From NCBI GenBank assembly GCA_964291215.2, contig OZ219791.1, positions 512,001-576,000 on the forward strand: DNA of 64,000 bases, in the 5' to 3' direction. Both the position numbers and the translations under genes were made by a program. This document shows, piece by piece, positions 10,568 through 21,039 of this stretch. This stretch comes from Alphaproteobacteria bacterium (GTDB taxonomy: Bacteria; Pseudomonadota; Alphaproteobacteria; MPNO01; UBA830). The notes beneath the pieces were generated by a model. It made no database searches, was not told the origin of the DNA, and was given only the letters and a program-made list of their open reading frames with translations. Positions within the stretch are counted from its first letter, which is position 1. Each line of letters starts with the position of its first letter.

Positions 10568-11746
10568 ATGGCGCTGGAGGAACTTAACTCTCAGGATGTC
10601 GGTGAACGTTTGCGGATTGCACGCGAAGAGGCCGGCATTACGCAGGCCGACGCTGCGGCGGGCATCGAAGTCGCGCGAACGACGCTTGTCGCCATAGAAA
10701 AAGGCCAGCGGCGCATCCGGCCGGACGAACTTCAGCGTCTCGCCCGCCTTTACGATACGTCTGTCAATGCGCTGTTGCGGCGCGAGTCCGTCTATGTCGA
10801 TCTCGTACCGCGCTTTAGGAAAGTTAGCACGAGCACTGACGAGGCAGCGGATGCAGCGGCGCGCCTGCTTGCCGATCTGGTCCGGGCCGAAGTGGAGCTT
10901 GAAAATATCCTGGGGATCAAGCGGACGCGGAACTATCCGCCCGAGCGCCCGATCATGCCCGGCGATGTGCGAGCGCAGGCGGAAAACGATGCGACGGAGC
11001 TTCGTCAGTGGCTTGGCCTTGGGCAAGCCCCGGTACGTGAGCTCATCAGCCTTCTGGAACTCGATCTTGGCGTTCGCGTCTATGTCCGGCGTGTTGATCC
11101 GCGCATTTCCGGGCTGTTCGCCTATGACGAGGAGCTCGGCGCCTGCATGCTACTCAACGCGAATCACCCGCGGGAGCGCCGGATGCAATCCGGAGGCCAC
11201 GAACTCGGCCACTTTGTTTCAACGCGGCGGAAGGCTGAAATCCTGCATGTCGACGAGGAAGAAAACTCACGGGAAGAACGCTACGCAAATGCGTTTGGCC
11301 GCGCTTTCCTGACGCCGGCGCGCACTGTCATGCAAAGATTCCGCGAAATCACGGCGGGGGCGTCACGCCTGACGCGCCGGCATGTCATCCTCCTGGCTCA
11401 TGCTTTCGGGGTCTCGCGGGAAGCGATGGTGCGGCGGCTGGAAGAGCTAGCCCTGGCCAAGCCAGGCACGTGGGACTGGTTCGTGGCCAATGGCGGCATC
11501 ACCGATGCGCAGGCCCGGCAGGTTCTGGGCGATCTGACCCCGCTCGATATGGGCAAACAAGATGCGGACCGGCCTACGACGTTGCGGCTGAATCTGCTGG
11601 CCGCGGAGGCGTGGCGCCAGGACCTCCTCAGCGAAGGTCAGCTCACCCGCTTATTGCACCTTGACCGCCTCGGCTTGCGCGAAATTCTGGACAATGTGGA
11701 GATCGAAGGGAGCGAGGCGGATGGAATGCCAAAGCTGCCTGAATGA
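10568..11746 (+). CDS. XRE-HTH + ImmA/IrrE metallopeptidase fusion
   Basis: N-terminal HTH (GERLRIAREEAGITQADAA..VAIEKG), HELGH zinc motif, EERYANAF. Confidence 0.88.
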   Translation: MALEELNSQDVGERLRIAREEAGITQADAAAGIEVARTTLVAIEKGQRRIRPDELQRLARLYDTSVNALLRRESVYVDLVPRFRKVSTSTDEAADAAARLLADLVRAEVELENILGIKRTRNYPPERPIMPGDVRAQAENDATELRQWLGLGQAPVRELISLLELDLGVRVYVRRVDPRISGLFAYDEELGACMLLNANHPRERRMQSGGHELGHFVSTRRKAEILHVDEEENSREERYANAFGRAFLTPARTVMQRFREITAGASRLTRRHVILLAHAFGVSREAMVRRLEELALAKPGTWDWFVANGGITDAQARQVLGDLTPLDMGKQDADRPTTLRLNLLAAEAWRQDLLSEGQLTRLLHLDRLGLREILDNVEIEGSEADGMPKLPE

Positions 11747-12332
11747 TCCCACGACCCTCGTTGTCGCTGATGCCAGTGTCGCAATCAATTTGAATGCGAC
11801 CGGCTTCGCCGCTTCCATATTGGAGGCGTTGCCGAACAGGTTTGCCGTAGTCGAGGAGGTCGCCCTTGAGCTTGAGAACGGGCGGCGGCGCGGGCGCAAC
11901 GACGCCGATGCCCTTAACACTCTTGTCGTTGCCGGCCGCGTTGACATCGTGCGGCTGGGAAACCCCGCCATAGGGTATTTCACGTCGCTTGTTTCAGGGT
12001 CGGCGGCAGAGACACTCGATGACGGTGAGGCCGCGACGATCGCCTACGCCCTGGAACACGGCGCCACAGCCCTGATCGATGAACGCAAAGCCAAGAGGAT
12101 TTGTGCGGAGCGGTACGGCGCTCTGGCCACCGGCTGCACCATCGACATCCTGGCCCATAACGGGGTCGAAGCGGCCCTCGGGCACAGCAGACTTGCCGAT
12201 GGGGTATTCAACGCCCTGTATCACGGCCGCATGCGCGTGCTGGCGCAACACATGAATTGGGTCGTCAATCTGATTGGTTCTGAGCGTGCGGCGCAATGCG
12301 TTTCTTTGCCAAGATCAGTTCGACCGCGTTGA
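11721..12332 (+). CDS. PIN-domain protein (DUF3368-like)
   Basis: VADASVAINL, LDDGEAATIA and IDERKA acidic PIN motifs; overlaps the end of the IrrE gene. Confidence 0.75.
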   Translation: MECQSCLNDPTTLVVADASVAINLNATGFAASILEALPNRFAVVEEVALELENGRRRGRNDADALNTLVVAGRVDIVRLGNPAIGYFTSLVSGSAAETLDDGEAATIAYALEHGATALIDERKAKRICAERYGALATGCTIDILAHNGVEAALGHSRLADGVFNALYHGRMRVLAQHMNWVVNLIGSERAAQCVSLPRSVRPR

Positions 12333-12407
12333 AGTCCTACAAATGATGGCAACTTGCAGCGTTCTGCTCACTCAGCTCCAATTAGCAGAGGCGGGAGAAG
12401 AGGACTA

Positions 12408-13282
12408 GGTCCTGTGGACAAATTGTCTCAGGCCTTGGTTATGGGATTCCCGTGCGGGGATTTGTGTGATTCATGAGACGTCGACGATTCGAGGGTTTCG
12501 GCGATGTCGACGAAGATGACGGCTTCGGACTGGGAGGTTGCGCTGGAGGTTTTCCGGCTTTGCCTGCCGAGGCGGGGTGCGAAGGCGAAGGATGATCGCC
12601 TGTTTCTTGAGGCGCTGCACTTCTTTGCCGTTCACAACATTACCTGGCGGGCATTGCCCGAGCGGTTCGGACACTGGAATACGGTATGGCGGCGCTTTCA
12701 TCGTCTGAGCCGGTCGGGAGTGTTCGAGGACTTTTTCGCCACGCTGGCGGATTCGAGCGACACGGCGCACTTGGTTCAGATGTTCGATTCGACCGTGACC
12801 CGCGCGCATGTATCGGCGGCCGGCGCAAAAGGGGGCAGCAGGGCCAGGCGCTCGGGCGTTCACGGGGCGGTTTCAGCACCAAAATCCACCTGAAGACCGA
12901 TTTCGACGGCCTGCCGATCGCCTTCGACCTGACCAGCGGCCAAGCGGCCGACGGTCCGCATTTCGAGACCCTGATGGACCTCGGCCCCGATGTCCGGCCC
13001 CGCGCCATTGTCGCCGACAAGGCCTATGACAGCGCCAAAAACCGCCAACTCGCCCGCAAAAGAGGCGCCCTGACCGTCATTCCCTACCGCAAGAACACCA
13101 AAAACAGGCCAAAGTGGTTCGCAAGGGCACTCTACAGGGCCCGCGCCCGCGCCGAACAGGCTGTCGGCAAGCTCAAACGCTTCAAGCGCATCGCCCTGCG
13201 CTGCGAAAAGACCGCCACTAACTTCAGTTCCTTCGTCGCACTCGCCGCCGCATTCATCTTGATCAAATCCGTCCACAGAACC
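12408..13282 (+). mobile_element. IS5-family (IS427-like) element, apparently intact, two ORFs joined by -1 frameshift
   Basis: TIR GGTCCTGTGGAC / GTCCACAGAACC, TA on both flanks. orfA 12504-12893 (WRALPERFGHWNTV), orfB to 13285 (GFSTKIH, ADKAYD, FKRIALRCEK). Slippery AAAAGGGGG near 12827. Confidence 0.9.
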
Positions 13283-13334
13283 TAACAGAGCTTCGTTCCG
13301 CTTGGTGCTCTACGGTCTATCCCTCCCGCCGGTT

Positions 13335-13625
13335 CTAAACGAGGAAAGCCGCGCCGTCTTCCTCGAACAGCGCCGCCCGAATCGGTTCTGGAGAGCTGGG
13401 ATCGTCGAGCTGGACGCTCAGATAGTCGCACGGTTCCTCGCCGTTGGACTCGGCCTTCCAGGCGGCGCCGAGCTCGGCCCGGCCGACATAGACGCGGAAG
13501 TCCGGTGCACCCTCACTCTTCTTCTGGTCGTTGGCGACGATCCTCGCCTTGACGTTGACCGTCAGAGTCCGGATCGTTCCGACATAGCTGTCCTTGCCGG
13601 CCATGAAGCTTCCAATGGTAGCCAT
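13335..13625 (-). CDS. DUF736 family protein (ICE/plasmid accessory), probably C-terminally clipped
   Basis: MATIGSF..GTIRTL..APDFRV..ELGAAW..YLSVQLDDP; ends LV-TAG-NRR where VWNR would be expected. Confidence 0.8.
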   Translation of the reverse strand: MATIGSFMAGKDSYVGTIRTLTVNVKARIVANDQKKSEGAPDFRVYVGRAELGAAWKAESNGEEPCDYLSVQLDDPSSPEPIRAALFEEDGAAFLV

Positions 13626-13628
13626 CGT

Positions 13629-13872
13629 TCAGGTCTCCTTTGGTTGGGTTGCAGGTGAGGACGGGCGCGTCTCGTCGAGCTTTTTGCGCGCCCGTTTGAA
13701 GCCCGGGTTGGCGTTCATGAACGCCTCCAGCATGAAGGGGATGAGATCGGCGACGCTCTCTTTCTGCCCATAGGCGCGCCGGTAGATTTCGGCGTAGTCG
13801 TTGAGCGTCGCCTTGAGGTCGGCATCGGCCGTGAAGGTGACCTTGACGCTCTCGCGATCGGGCAGCCTGTCA
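13629..13872 (-). pseudogene. DUF2274 family protein, 5' end removed by IS66 insertion
   Basis: LPDRESVKVTF..LNDYAEIY..YGQ..VADLIPFMLEAFM..PGFKR; typical neighbour of DUF736 in conjugative elements. Confidence 0.7.
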
Positions 13873-16800
13873 GTATCCGTTCGGGTTCCGGGGGATCGTA
13901 TGCCGCCACGGATTTTCTGACTGGTAACTACTTCGCGCATGCGCTACGGTCTCTCGCATGGCGGTTTTCGGCGCGGATTTCTGCACCGACCTGACGCCGG
14001 CCGAGGGGGGCGACACCTTGTGGTCGCCTCCCATGGTGATGCCGGCGTGCGAGCCGCTCGACTGGGCGTCTGTGCTTGAAGAGGCAGAGGCGCGGATCGA
14101 GGAGGAACGGGGTCGCGCACGCGTGGCGGAGTTGCGCCGCGAGGAACTGCGCTGGTCGGAGAGGGACGCCTGTACGCGCGTGCGTTCGCTGGAGAGGCAG
14201 CTTGAGACTTGCCGGTTCAAGCTCAAGTTGGCCGTAACCAAGACCGCGTCGCGGGCCATGAAGGCGTTGGAGCGCAGGGTCGAGTATCAGGACGACGAGA
14301 TCGCCGGTCTTTACCTCTCGTTGCGCCGGTCTCACGAGCACCGGGAGCGGGTCGAGGCGCGCCACCGGGACGAGATCAACTGGTTGAAGCAGGACATCGA
14401 CCGGGAGCGCTCGCGGCTCGCGAAGGTGCACCGCGAGGGCGAGCGTGTGGCCGAATCTCTGCGCGGGCGGTTCGACCGGCATCTCGCGGCGGCCAGGCGG
14501 CTGGTGGAGGCCCGGGAGGGCACGATCGCGTGGCTGCGCGCGCAACGACCGGCTGCGGTCGTGCAGGCCACGGAGCTGATCGCGTCGCTGCGGGAGAAGA
14601 ATGCCGGGCTGCGCGCCGAGGTGCGGGATCTGAAGGGCGAGAACGCCGCGCGGGTCGAGAAGCTGGAAGGCGACCTCGACAAGCTGCGCTCGACCCGCAG
14701 CGTCCTGTCGAAGGCGCTCTATGGCAGCAGGAGCGAGCGGCAGAAGAAGCCGGGCGCGAGCGCGGCCAGCAGCGCGGCACCGTCGGGCACGGCCGCACCC
14801 GGCGCCCCGGGCTCAGGAAGAAGAAGGAGACGCGCGACCCGCCGGAAGATGCGCGGATCTGCCCGCGTTGCGGCAAGCCCCATGTCGCCAACGGCGAGCG
14901 GCGCACCACCCTCTTCGAGATCGATGTCGAAGCCTGCGAGCGCACCATCGTCCGGTCGCGCTGGCGCCGGGCTTGCGACTGCGCCTCCGCGCCGCGGGAG
15001 GTGGCCGCGCCGCCGGCGGTGCGACTGTTCGAGACCACGCCTTGCGGGATCAGCGTCTGAACGTGCATGCTCTACGAACGGTTCGTCTGCTGCCGGCCGC
15101 TGCATCGGGTCGCGGCCTGGCTGGCCGACATGGGGCTGACGATCTCGCCGGGCACCCTGCAGCATCAAGCGCTTCGTGCCGCTGTTCGAGCCGCTGGCCG
15201 AGGCGATCCTTGCGCACCAGAACACCGCGGCCCTGCGCCATGCCGACGAAACATCCTGGCGCGTTCGGGCCTGGCGCGAGAAAGGCCGGTCGAGCCGCGC
15301 CTGGCTGTGGACCTCGGTGAGCCCGGACGCGGTCTATTACCACATCGATCCCTCGCGCAGCGCCGAGGTCGCGATGAAGCTGTTCGGTTCGACACAGGGC
15401 ATCGTGGTTCTGGTCTGCGACCGGTTCAGCGCCTACAGAAAGCTGGCCCGCAAACTCGCCGGCAAGGTGATCCTGCAATGGTGCTGGGCGCACCAAAGGC
15501 GCTCGTTCATCGACGGCGCGGCCGGGCGGGTGCGGCTCAGGCGCTGGTGCCAGAGATGGATCGAGCGGATCGCGGAGATCTACCGGCTCAACGAGGCGCG
15601 GCTGGAGCATTACGACCCCGCTCACCCTCTCGAACGCCGGCGTTCGACGTCGCGCACGCCAGGCTGAAGAAGGCGGTCGACGAGCTGTTCGCGGCCGCCG
15701 AAGCGGAACTGGCCGGGCTGACGGACAGGGCGCGCAGGGCCAGGCCGCTGCGCTCGCTCCTCAAGCACCGCGAGGGGCTGTGCGTCTTCGTCGACAAGCC
15801 GTTCGTGCCCATGGACAACAACCGCGGCGAACTCTCCCTGAGCTTCGCGGTCATCGGGCGACGGCTCTCGTTCGGCTCCGACAGCGAGAAAGGCGCCGGG
15901 TTCACGGCGACGATGTACTCGGTGGCCGGCACGCTGGCGATCAACGGCATCGATGTCCGGCGCTGGCTCGGTGAATGGCTGACCGCGTGCGCGGAGAACG
16001 GCGGCGAGCCGCCGGAAGACCTCTCGCCCTGGCTGCCGTGGTCAATGAGCGAGGCGCGCCGGCGCGAACTCGCGGCGGCGGGATGACCGGCGCGGTCGAG
16101 TGCCGCTATTACGGGCGCGACTTCACCGAAGATGAAATGGCGCTGCTGCGCGCCCTGATCGCCGATCCCGCCCCGCTCTCCCGCCGCGCCCTGTCGATCG
16201 AGTTCTGCCGGCGCATCGGCTGGCTCAAGCCCGACGGCGGACTGAAGGACATGATGGCCCGTGTCGCCATGCACAAGGACGGGCTCATCGAGCTGCCGCC
16301 GCCGAGGGGGCGGAAGCACCGGCCCAGGCCGGTCCAGTTCGGACCCGACACCGAACCGCCGCTGTTCCCGGCGCCCACGACCCTCGACGAGGTCCGCCCG
16401 CTCGACTTCCGCACCGTCGTGCACAGCACCCGCGAAGGCAGGCTCTGGAACGAGTTCATCGCCCGCTACCACTATCTCGGACACAAGACACTGGTCGGCG
16501 CCCAGATGCGCTATGCCGTCCACGACCGCAACGGCTGGCCCGTCGCCATGCTCGGTTTCTCCACCGCCGCATGGAAGCTCGCTCCGCGCGACCGCTTCAT
16601 CGGATGGACGCCCGAGCTGCGCGAAAAGAACCTTCCTCTTGTCGTCGACAACCCGCGCTTCCTGATCCTGCCCTGGATCGAGATCCCCAAACTCGGCTCG
16701 CACATCCTCGCCATCGTGCGCCGCCGCCTGCCCATCGACTGGACCGGGCGCTACAACATCACGCCGGTGCTGATCGAGACCTTCGTCGAAACGCCCCGCT

Positions 16801-17034
16801 ACACCGGTGCCGTATACCGCGCATCGGGCTGGACCCGCGTCGGGACCACCCAGGGCCGGGGACGCTACGACAGGCACAACAAACGAGACCAGCCGAAAAA
16901 GGACATCTGGCTCCGCACACTGCGAAAAGACTGGCAACGCACCCTCAATCGGTAGAAGTACAACCGTCGGGCCGGTGTGAAAATGCCGACAAGCGGATAA
17001 CCCAATCCTCATCCCCCGGAACCCGAACGGACAC
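13873..17034 (+). mobile_element. IS66-family element with frameshifted transposase and a DUF4338 passenger gene
   Basis: 24-bp TIR GTATCCGTTCGGGTTCCGGGGGAT / ATCCCCCGGAACCCGAACGGACAC. TnpC motifs CPRCG, HADETSW, VCDRFSAY, CWAH, PMDNN. No matching target duplication. Confidence 0.85.
16083..16955 (+). CDS. DUF4338 (DruA-like) domain protein
   Basis: WNEFIARYHYLG..GAQMRY..APRDRFIGW..NPRFLILPW..ETFVETPRYTGAVYRASGW..GTTQGRG; overlaps the transposase stop. Confidence 0.8.
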   Translation: MTGAVECRYYGRDFTEDEMALLRALIADPAPLSRRALSIEFCRRIGWLKPDGGLKDMMARVAMHKDGLIELPPPRGRKHRPRPVQFGPDTEPPLFPAPTTLDEVRPLDFRTVVHSTREGRLWNEFIARYHYLGHKTLVGAQMRYAVHDRNGWPVAMLGFSTAAWKLAPRDRFIGWTPELREKNLPLVVDNPRFLILPWIEIPKLGSHILAIVRRRLPIDWTGRYNITPVLIETFVETPRYTGAVYRASGWTRVGTTQGRGRYDRHNKRDQPKKDIWLRTLRKDWQRTLNR

Positions 17035-17220
17035 CCAACCGGAGATGCGGTGAATGCGACATCGGCGCGGATTCGGGCGCGGAGCTTTGAAATCAACTGG
17101 TGCCTATTCGATACCCGAGAGCTGCAAGTTTCCTGCGCCTGCCTCGGTTGATGTAAATAATAGATTGTTTTTATTATATAATTTTCGTATTTATATGTCT
17201 GGCATCCAAATTCGGATTAC

Positions 17221-17790
17221 CTCGACATCGTGCTGCGTGACGTGCTGCCTGAAGTAGGTAGGAGCGGCAGCGGTCGCCAGGGCTGCATCGACGGCAAGCG
17301 ACCGGAAATCCATCTTCAGCCGCTGATGATGTGCAGTCTTGTAAATGTAGACGGACTGCGCGACCGGATTCCATGCAGGCACTACCAATCGAGTCCGTGC
17401 ATGACCGATCCGTCGATTGCCTAGGATATTACAGAGCGCATTCCGCAACGCTTCCGAACCGTACTTGTTTCGGTAGAGCCGCCGGAGACTGCGCAGCCTC
17501 CTCCCGAGAAGACCGGCCAGACTGTCCCGGTTCTGGCCGAAGATTTCAGGGTCCCGGCTCTCGTACAGGCCGAGTATCTCCGAGGCCGGATGCCCAAGCG
17601 CCAGGGCGACACCGATAATGCCGCCGGTCGACGTTCCGGCGATCAGGTCGAAATAGGATCCGATCGGGCGATCGAGGTGCTGTTCAAGTTCCGTCAGGAA
17701 GGCTGCCGGAAAGGTGCCGAGAATGCCGCCCCCGTCAATGCACAGGAGGCGGCGTCTCGTTTGGCCCGGTCGTTCGTCCTCTCCTGCCAT
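17221..17790 (-). pseudogene. Patatin-like phospholipase (CBASS CapV-like), truncated
   Basis: IDGGGILG, GTSTG and TAAAPTYF motifs. The frame leaves homology at 17221, just before the DGG motif, where an IS66-type end (GTAATCC on the minus strand) begins. Confidence 0.8.
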
Positions 17791-18006
17791 CGGCACTTCC
17801 TCGTATCCGTGCCAGCCGCCTCCCCCTTGGCCGAAGAACCCATCGCACCGACATGCCGAAGCCGAATGGCCTTGCGCTGACACTGTATCTATATATGTGC
17901 GTTTTCCAATCTGTCAATGGAAAGTTTTGACATTATATGTTTGATAACGGAAACTCGCTCCGATGCCGCTGCAGCGGCGGCATTTCAGCAGGGAGGAAAC
18001 AACACC

Positions 18007-19245
18007 ATGCACGCGAAGGATCTGGGATCACGATTGCGCAGGGCGCGCGAATCCCGCGGCCTCAGCCAGCAGGCTGCTGCCCAGGCGTTGGACCTTCCCC
18101 GCACCGCCGTCACGCAGCTTGAGGCCGGTAGTCGATCCGTATCCACCCTCGAACTGATCCGGCTTTCCGAACTCTACCTGCACCCCGTCTTCGATCTCTT
18201 GCATGACGGCCCGAGGGACGAGGATCAGGATGTCCTCGTCGCTCTGCACCGCATTGCCCCGGGGCTGGAGGAAGATCCGGACACGCGCGAGCAGATCACC
18301 CGTTGTGTTCACCTCTGCCGGGAAGGCGTTGCGCTCGTACGTCTGCTGGGCACCGAATACCGATCCGGCCCTCCCAGCTACGACATGCCGATCCCCCACT
18401 CACCCGGAGAGGCTGTCGCACAGGGAGAGGAGACGGCCGAGCAGGAGCGCCGCAGGCTTGGAATCGCCAATGCGCCGATTGCTGACGTATCCGAACTCAT
18501 TGCTTCCCAAGGCATCTGGGCATCCGGCGTCACGCTTCCCGACGGTATGTCAGGCCTCTTCCTGCGGCATCCGAGCATCGGGCTGGCCATTCTCGTGAAT
18601 TCGTCCCATCCGAAAGGACGGAAGCGCTTTTCCTACGCGCACGAATACGCGCACGCCCTCCTCGACCGGAATGACTACGTGACGATTTCCAGCACCGACA
18701 ATTCCTCCGAAATGGTCGAAAAGCGCGCGAACGCATTTGCCGCAGCCTTCCTCATGCCGAGGGCCGGAATCCGTACTTCCCTGCAGGCCCTCGACAAGGG
18801 CCTGCCGAGCCGCCAGGACCACACCATCTTCGACGCCGCGAGCGGGGGCCACATCGAGGCGGCCCAGCGCCCGCCGGCTCGCTCCCAGCGCATCACCTAC
18901 AAGGACAACGCCATGCTCGCGCACCATTTCGGCGTGAGCTACCCGGCGGCCGCCTATCGGCTCAAGAGCCTTCGATACATTTCCGCGCGCGAGTGCAGCG
19001 ACCTGCTCGACCGGGGAAGCGTCGGACGAGAGTATCTTGTTGCCCTCAGCAAGTTCGATGACGTCGGCAAGCGCGAACGGCGACAATACTGGGATCGGGA
19101 GCTTCGCAGCGAAATCGTGCATCTCGCCATCGAGGCCTATCGCCTGGAGGAAATCTCCCGCGGTCGGATCCTGGAACTGAGCAAGACCCTTCGGATCCAA
19201 GGAGACACCCTGCTCAACTTGGCCGAAGCGGCCCGCAACGGATGA
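18007..19245 (+). CDS. Second XRE-HTH + ImmA/IrrE metallopeptidase fusion
   Basis: LGSRLRRARESRGLSQ HTH, RKRFSYAHEYAH, EKRANAFAAAFLMP. Confidence 0.88.
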   Translation: MHAKDLGSRLRRARESRGLSQQAAAQALDLPRTAVTQLEAGSRSVSTLELIRLSELYLHPVFDLLHDGPRDEDQDVLVALHRIAPGLEEDPDTREQITRCVHLCREGVALVRLLGTEYRSGPPSYDMPIPHSPGEAVAQGEETAEQERRRLGIANAPIADVSELIASQGIWASGVTLPDGMSGLFLRHPSIGLAILVNSSHPKGRKRFSYAHEYAHALLDRNDYVTISSTDNSSEMVEKRANAFAAAFLMPRAGIRTSLQALDKGLPSRQDHTIFDAASGGHIEAAQRPPARSQRITYKDNAMLAHHFGVSYPAAAYRLKSLRYISARECSDLLDRGSVGREYLVALSKFDDVGKRERRQYWDRELRSEIVHLAIEAYRLEEISRGRILELSKTLRIQGDTLLNLAEAARNG

Positions 19246-19772
19246 CATTCGTAGCGGGAGAAACCAAGCCGGCGATCATCGTCACCGACACCTCGGTGCT
19301 CATCAATTTTCTACGCATTGACCGGACAGACCTGATCGCCGGCCACTCCCACGATTTCCTCGCCACCGACCATGTCACGGCGGAAATCAGCGACCGCTAT
19401 CCCGACCAACAGCAGAGGTTCGCCGAAGCTCTCGATGCCGGCACCATTTCGGAGACGCGCGTTACCATGCCGGAAGAGCTTCAACTCTTCGAATCCTTGT
19501 TCACCACCGGGCGTCTGGGAGCGGGAGAATGTTCCGCAATCGCCCTCGCCGTTCACCGCGGCTACATCCTTGCCATAGATGATCGCCTCGCTATCCGCCA
19601 TGCGCGCGGGGCTGATGCCCGTCTTCGCATCCTCGCAACACAGGACCTGATGGTCTCAATGATCCGCGAAGGCCTGCTCGAAGTGGAGGAGGCCGACCGC
19701 ATCAAGGGGGACTGGGCCACGCGCCACCGATTTCGCCTCAAGCTGGACAGCTTCCGGGATCTGATCCGCTAA
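19242..19772 (+). CDS. PIN-domain protein
   Basis: VTDTSVLINF, LGAGECSAIA, AIDDRLA; ATGA overlap with the IrrE gene. Confidence 0.8.
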   Translation: MTFVAGETKPAIIVTDTSVLINFLRIDRTDLIAGHSHDFLATDHVTAEISDRYPDQQQRFAEALDAGTISETRVTMPEELQLFESLFTTGRLGAGECSAIALAVHRGYILAIDDRLAIRHARGADARLRILATQDLMVSMIREGLLEVEEADRIKGDWATRHRFRLKLDSFRDLIR

Positions 19773-20430
19773 CAGGCTGCTGAAAAACTCCTGGCGCGTG
19801 TGGCCCTGACGTGATGGCGCGTGTGGCCCTGACGTGATTCGGTGCGCGGCGAGCGATCCGGTGGGGGCGGCGATGCGTGGCAAGGACGAGAGCAGCAGCA
19901 GCCTTTTCAGCTATGTGGACCTGAAGGCGCGCGTGCCTCGGGGTCATCCCTTGCGAGCGGTCCGCGACCTGACGAACGCGGCGCTGGTGGAGATGTCGGG
20001 AGAGTTCGAGGCGCTTTATTCGCACACGGGCCGTCCGGGGATTGCGCCGGAGAAGCTTCTGCGGGCGCTTTTGCTTCAGGCGTTCTACTCGATTCGCTCG
20101 GAGCGCCAGCTGATGGAGCATCTGGAGTTCAACCTTCTGTTCCGCTGGTTTGTGGGTCTGGGGATCGACGACCGTGTGTGGGCCGCGACGGTGTGCACGA
20201 AGAACCGCGAGCGTCTTCTTGCGGGTGATGTGGCGTCGCGCTTTCTGGCGCATCTGGTCTCGCTGCCCGCGGTGAAGCGTCTTCTGTCGCAGGAGCACTT
20301 CTCAGTAGACGGGACGCAGATCGAGGCGTGGCGTCGATCAAGAGCTTCCGGGCGGTCGATGAGGAGCCTCCGGGGGAGGATGGCGACGGAGATGGCACAG
20401 GCGGCGACGGTCGCAATGCTGCCCGCGACC
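19773..20430 (+). mobile_element. Truncated IS5/IS1182-type transposase (DUF772 N-terminus) with left end
   Basis: End CAGGCTGCTGAAAAA; MRGKD..LFSYVDL..PRGHPLR..YSIRSERQLME..FSVDGTQIEAW then frameshift. 23-bp tandem duplication at 19792-19837. Confidence 0.75.
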
Positions 20431-20793
20431 GTGCACTGTGCGCAAGAACGCGCCCGGCAAGCATGGCCTTTTTTCACGGTCTGGCGGAACGCTGGCCGTC
20501 ATGCCCTTCGGGCGATGGACCGTTTGTCGGCATGCGCGAGCCGGCAACGCCTCATTTCGGATCGATCCGGTCTCGGGCCGCTATCTGGAAACAGGATTGA
20601 TTTAGCGGAGGCTAGGAAAAACCAGTAAAATCAAGGCTGTATAGAAGATTCAAAATATTTCGCCTCATTGGGGGTAAGTAAATAACTCTCCACGAAGCAC
20701 CTGCTTCGGCATCCTTGCCAGGCCCTTCCATTCGAGGCATGTGTGACATAACCAGGGCTATTCTGTTGTCGTCCCAGCAATCGGCGCATGCTG

Positions 20794-20985
20794 CACGGTG
20801 ATCTCATACTGATTCCGAGACGCGAAATCCGAGTGCGTTGGGGCTCGCGTCATCACAGATTGCCCCTTGATCGCAATTTTTCGCGCCGAGAAGGTCTCAT
20901 TGAGCCTTGGCGGCACGATTGCAGCGCGACGCAGACCGAAAAATCTCGCCGGTCGCCGCTGGATTGGCAGCGTGGGATCGTCGTG
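20794..20985. mobile_element. ~190 bp MITE with ISAs1-type ends
   Basis: TIR CACGGTGATCTCATACTG / CAGCGTGGGATCGTCGTG, 10-bp TSD GCGCATGCTG (20784-20793, 20986-20995). Related copy at 59616-59803. Confidence 0.85.
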
Positions 20986-21039
20986 GCGCATGCTGATTTT
21001 GGTCCGGGCATTCCGTTTTCGCCGTGGCAGTGTGCCGGC

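Noticed and set aside
16083-16955. Druantia defence system
   Set aside because: Only a DruA-like domain inside IS ends; no DruE helicase or other Dru genes.
19792-19837. 23-bp tandem repeat as a regulatory or array signal
   Set aside because: Only two copies inside an IS end, so a simple slippage duplication is the likely cause.
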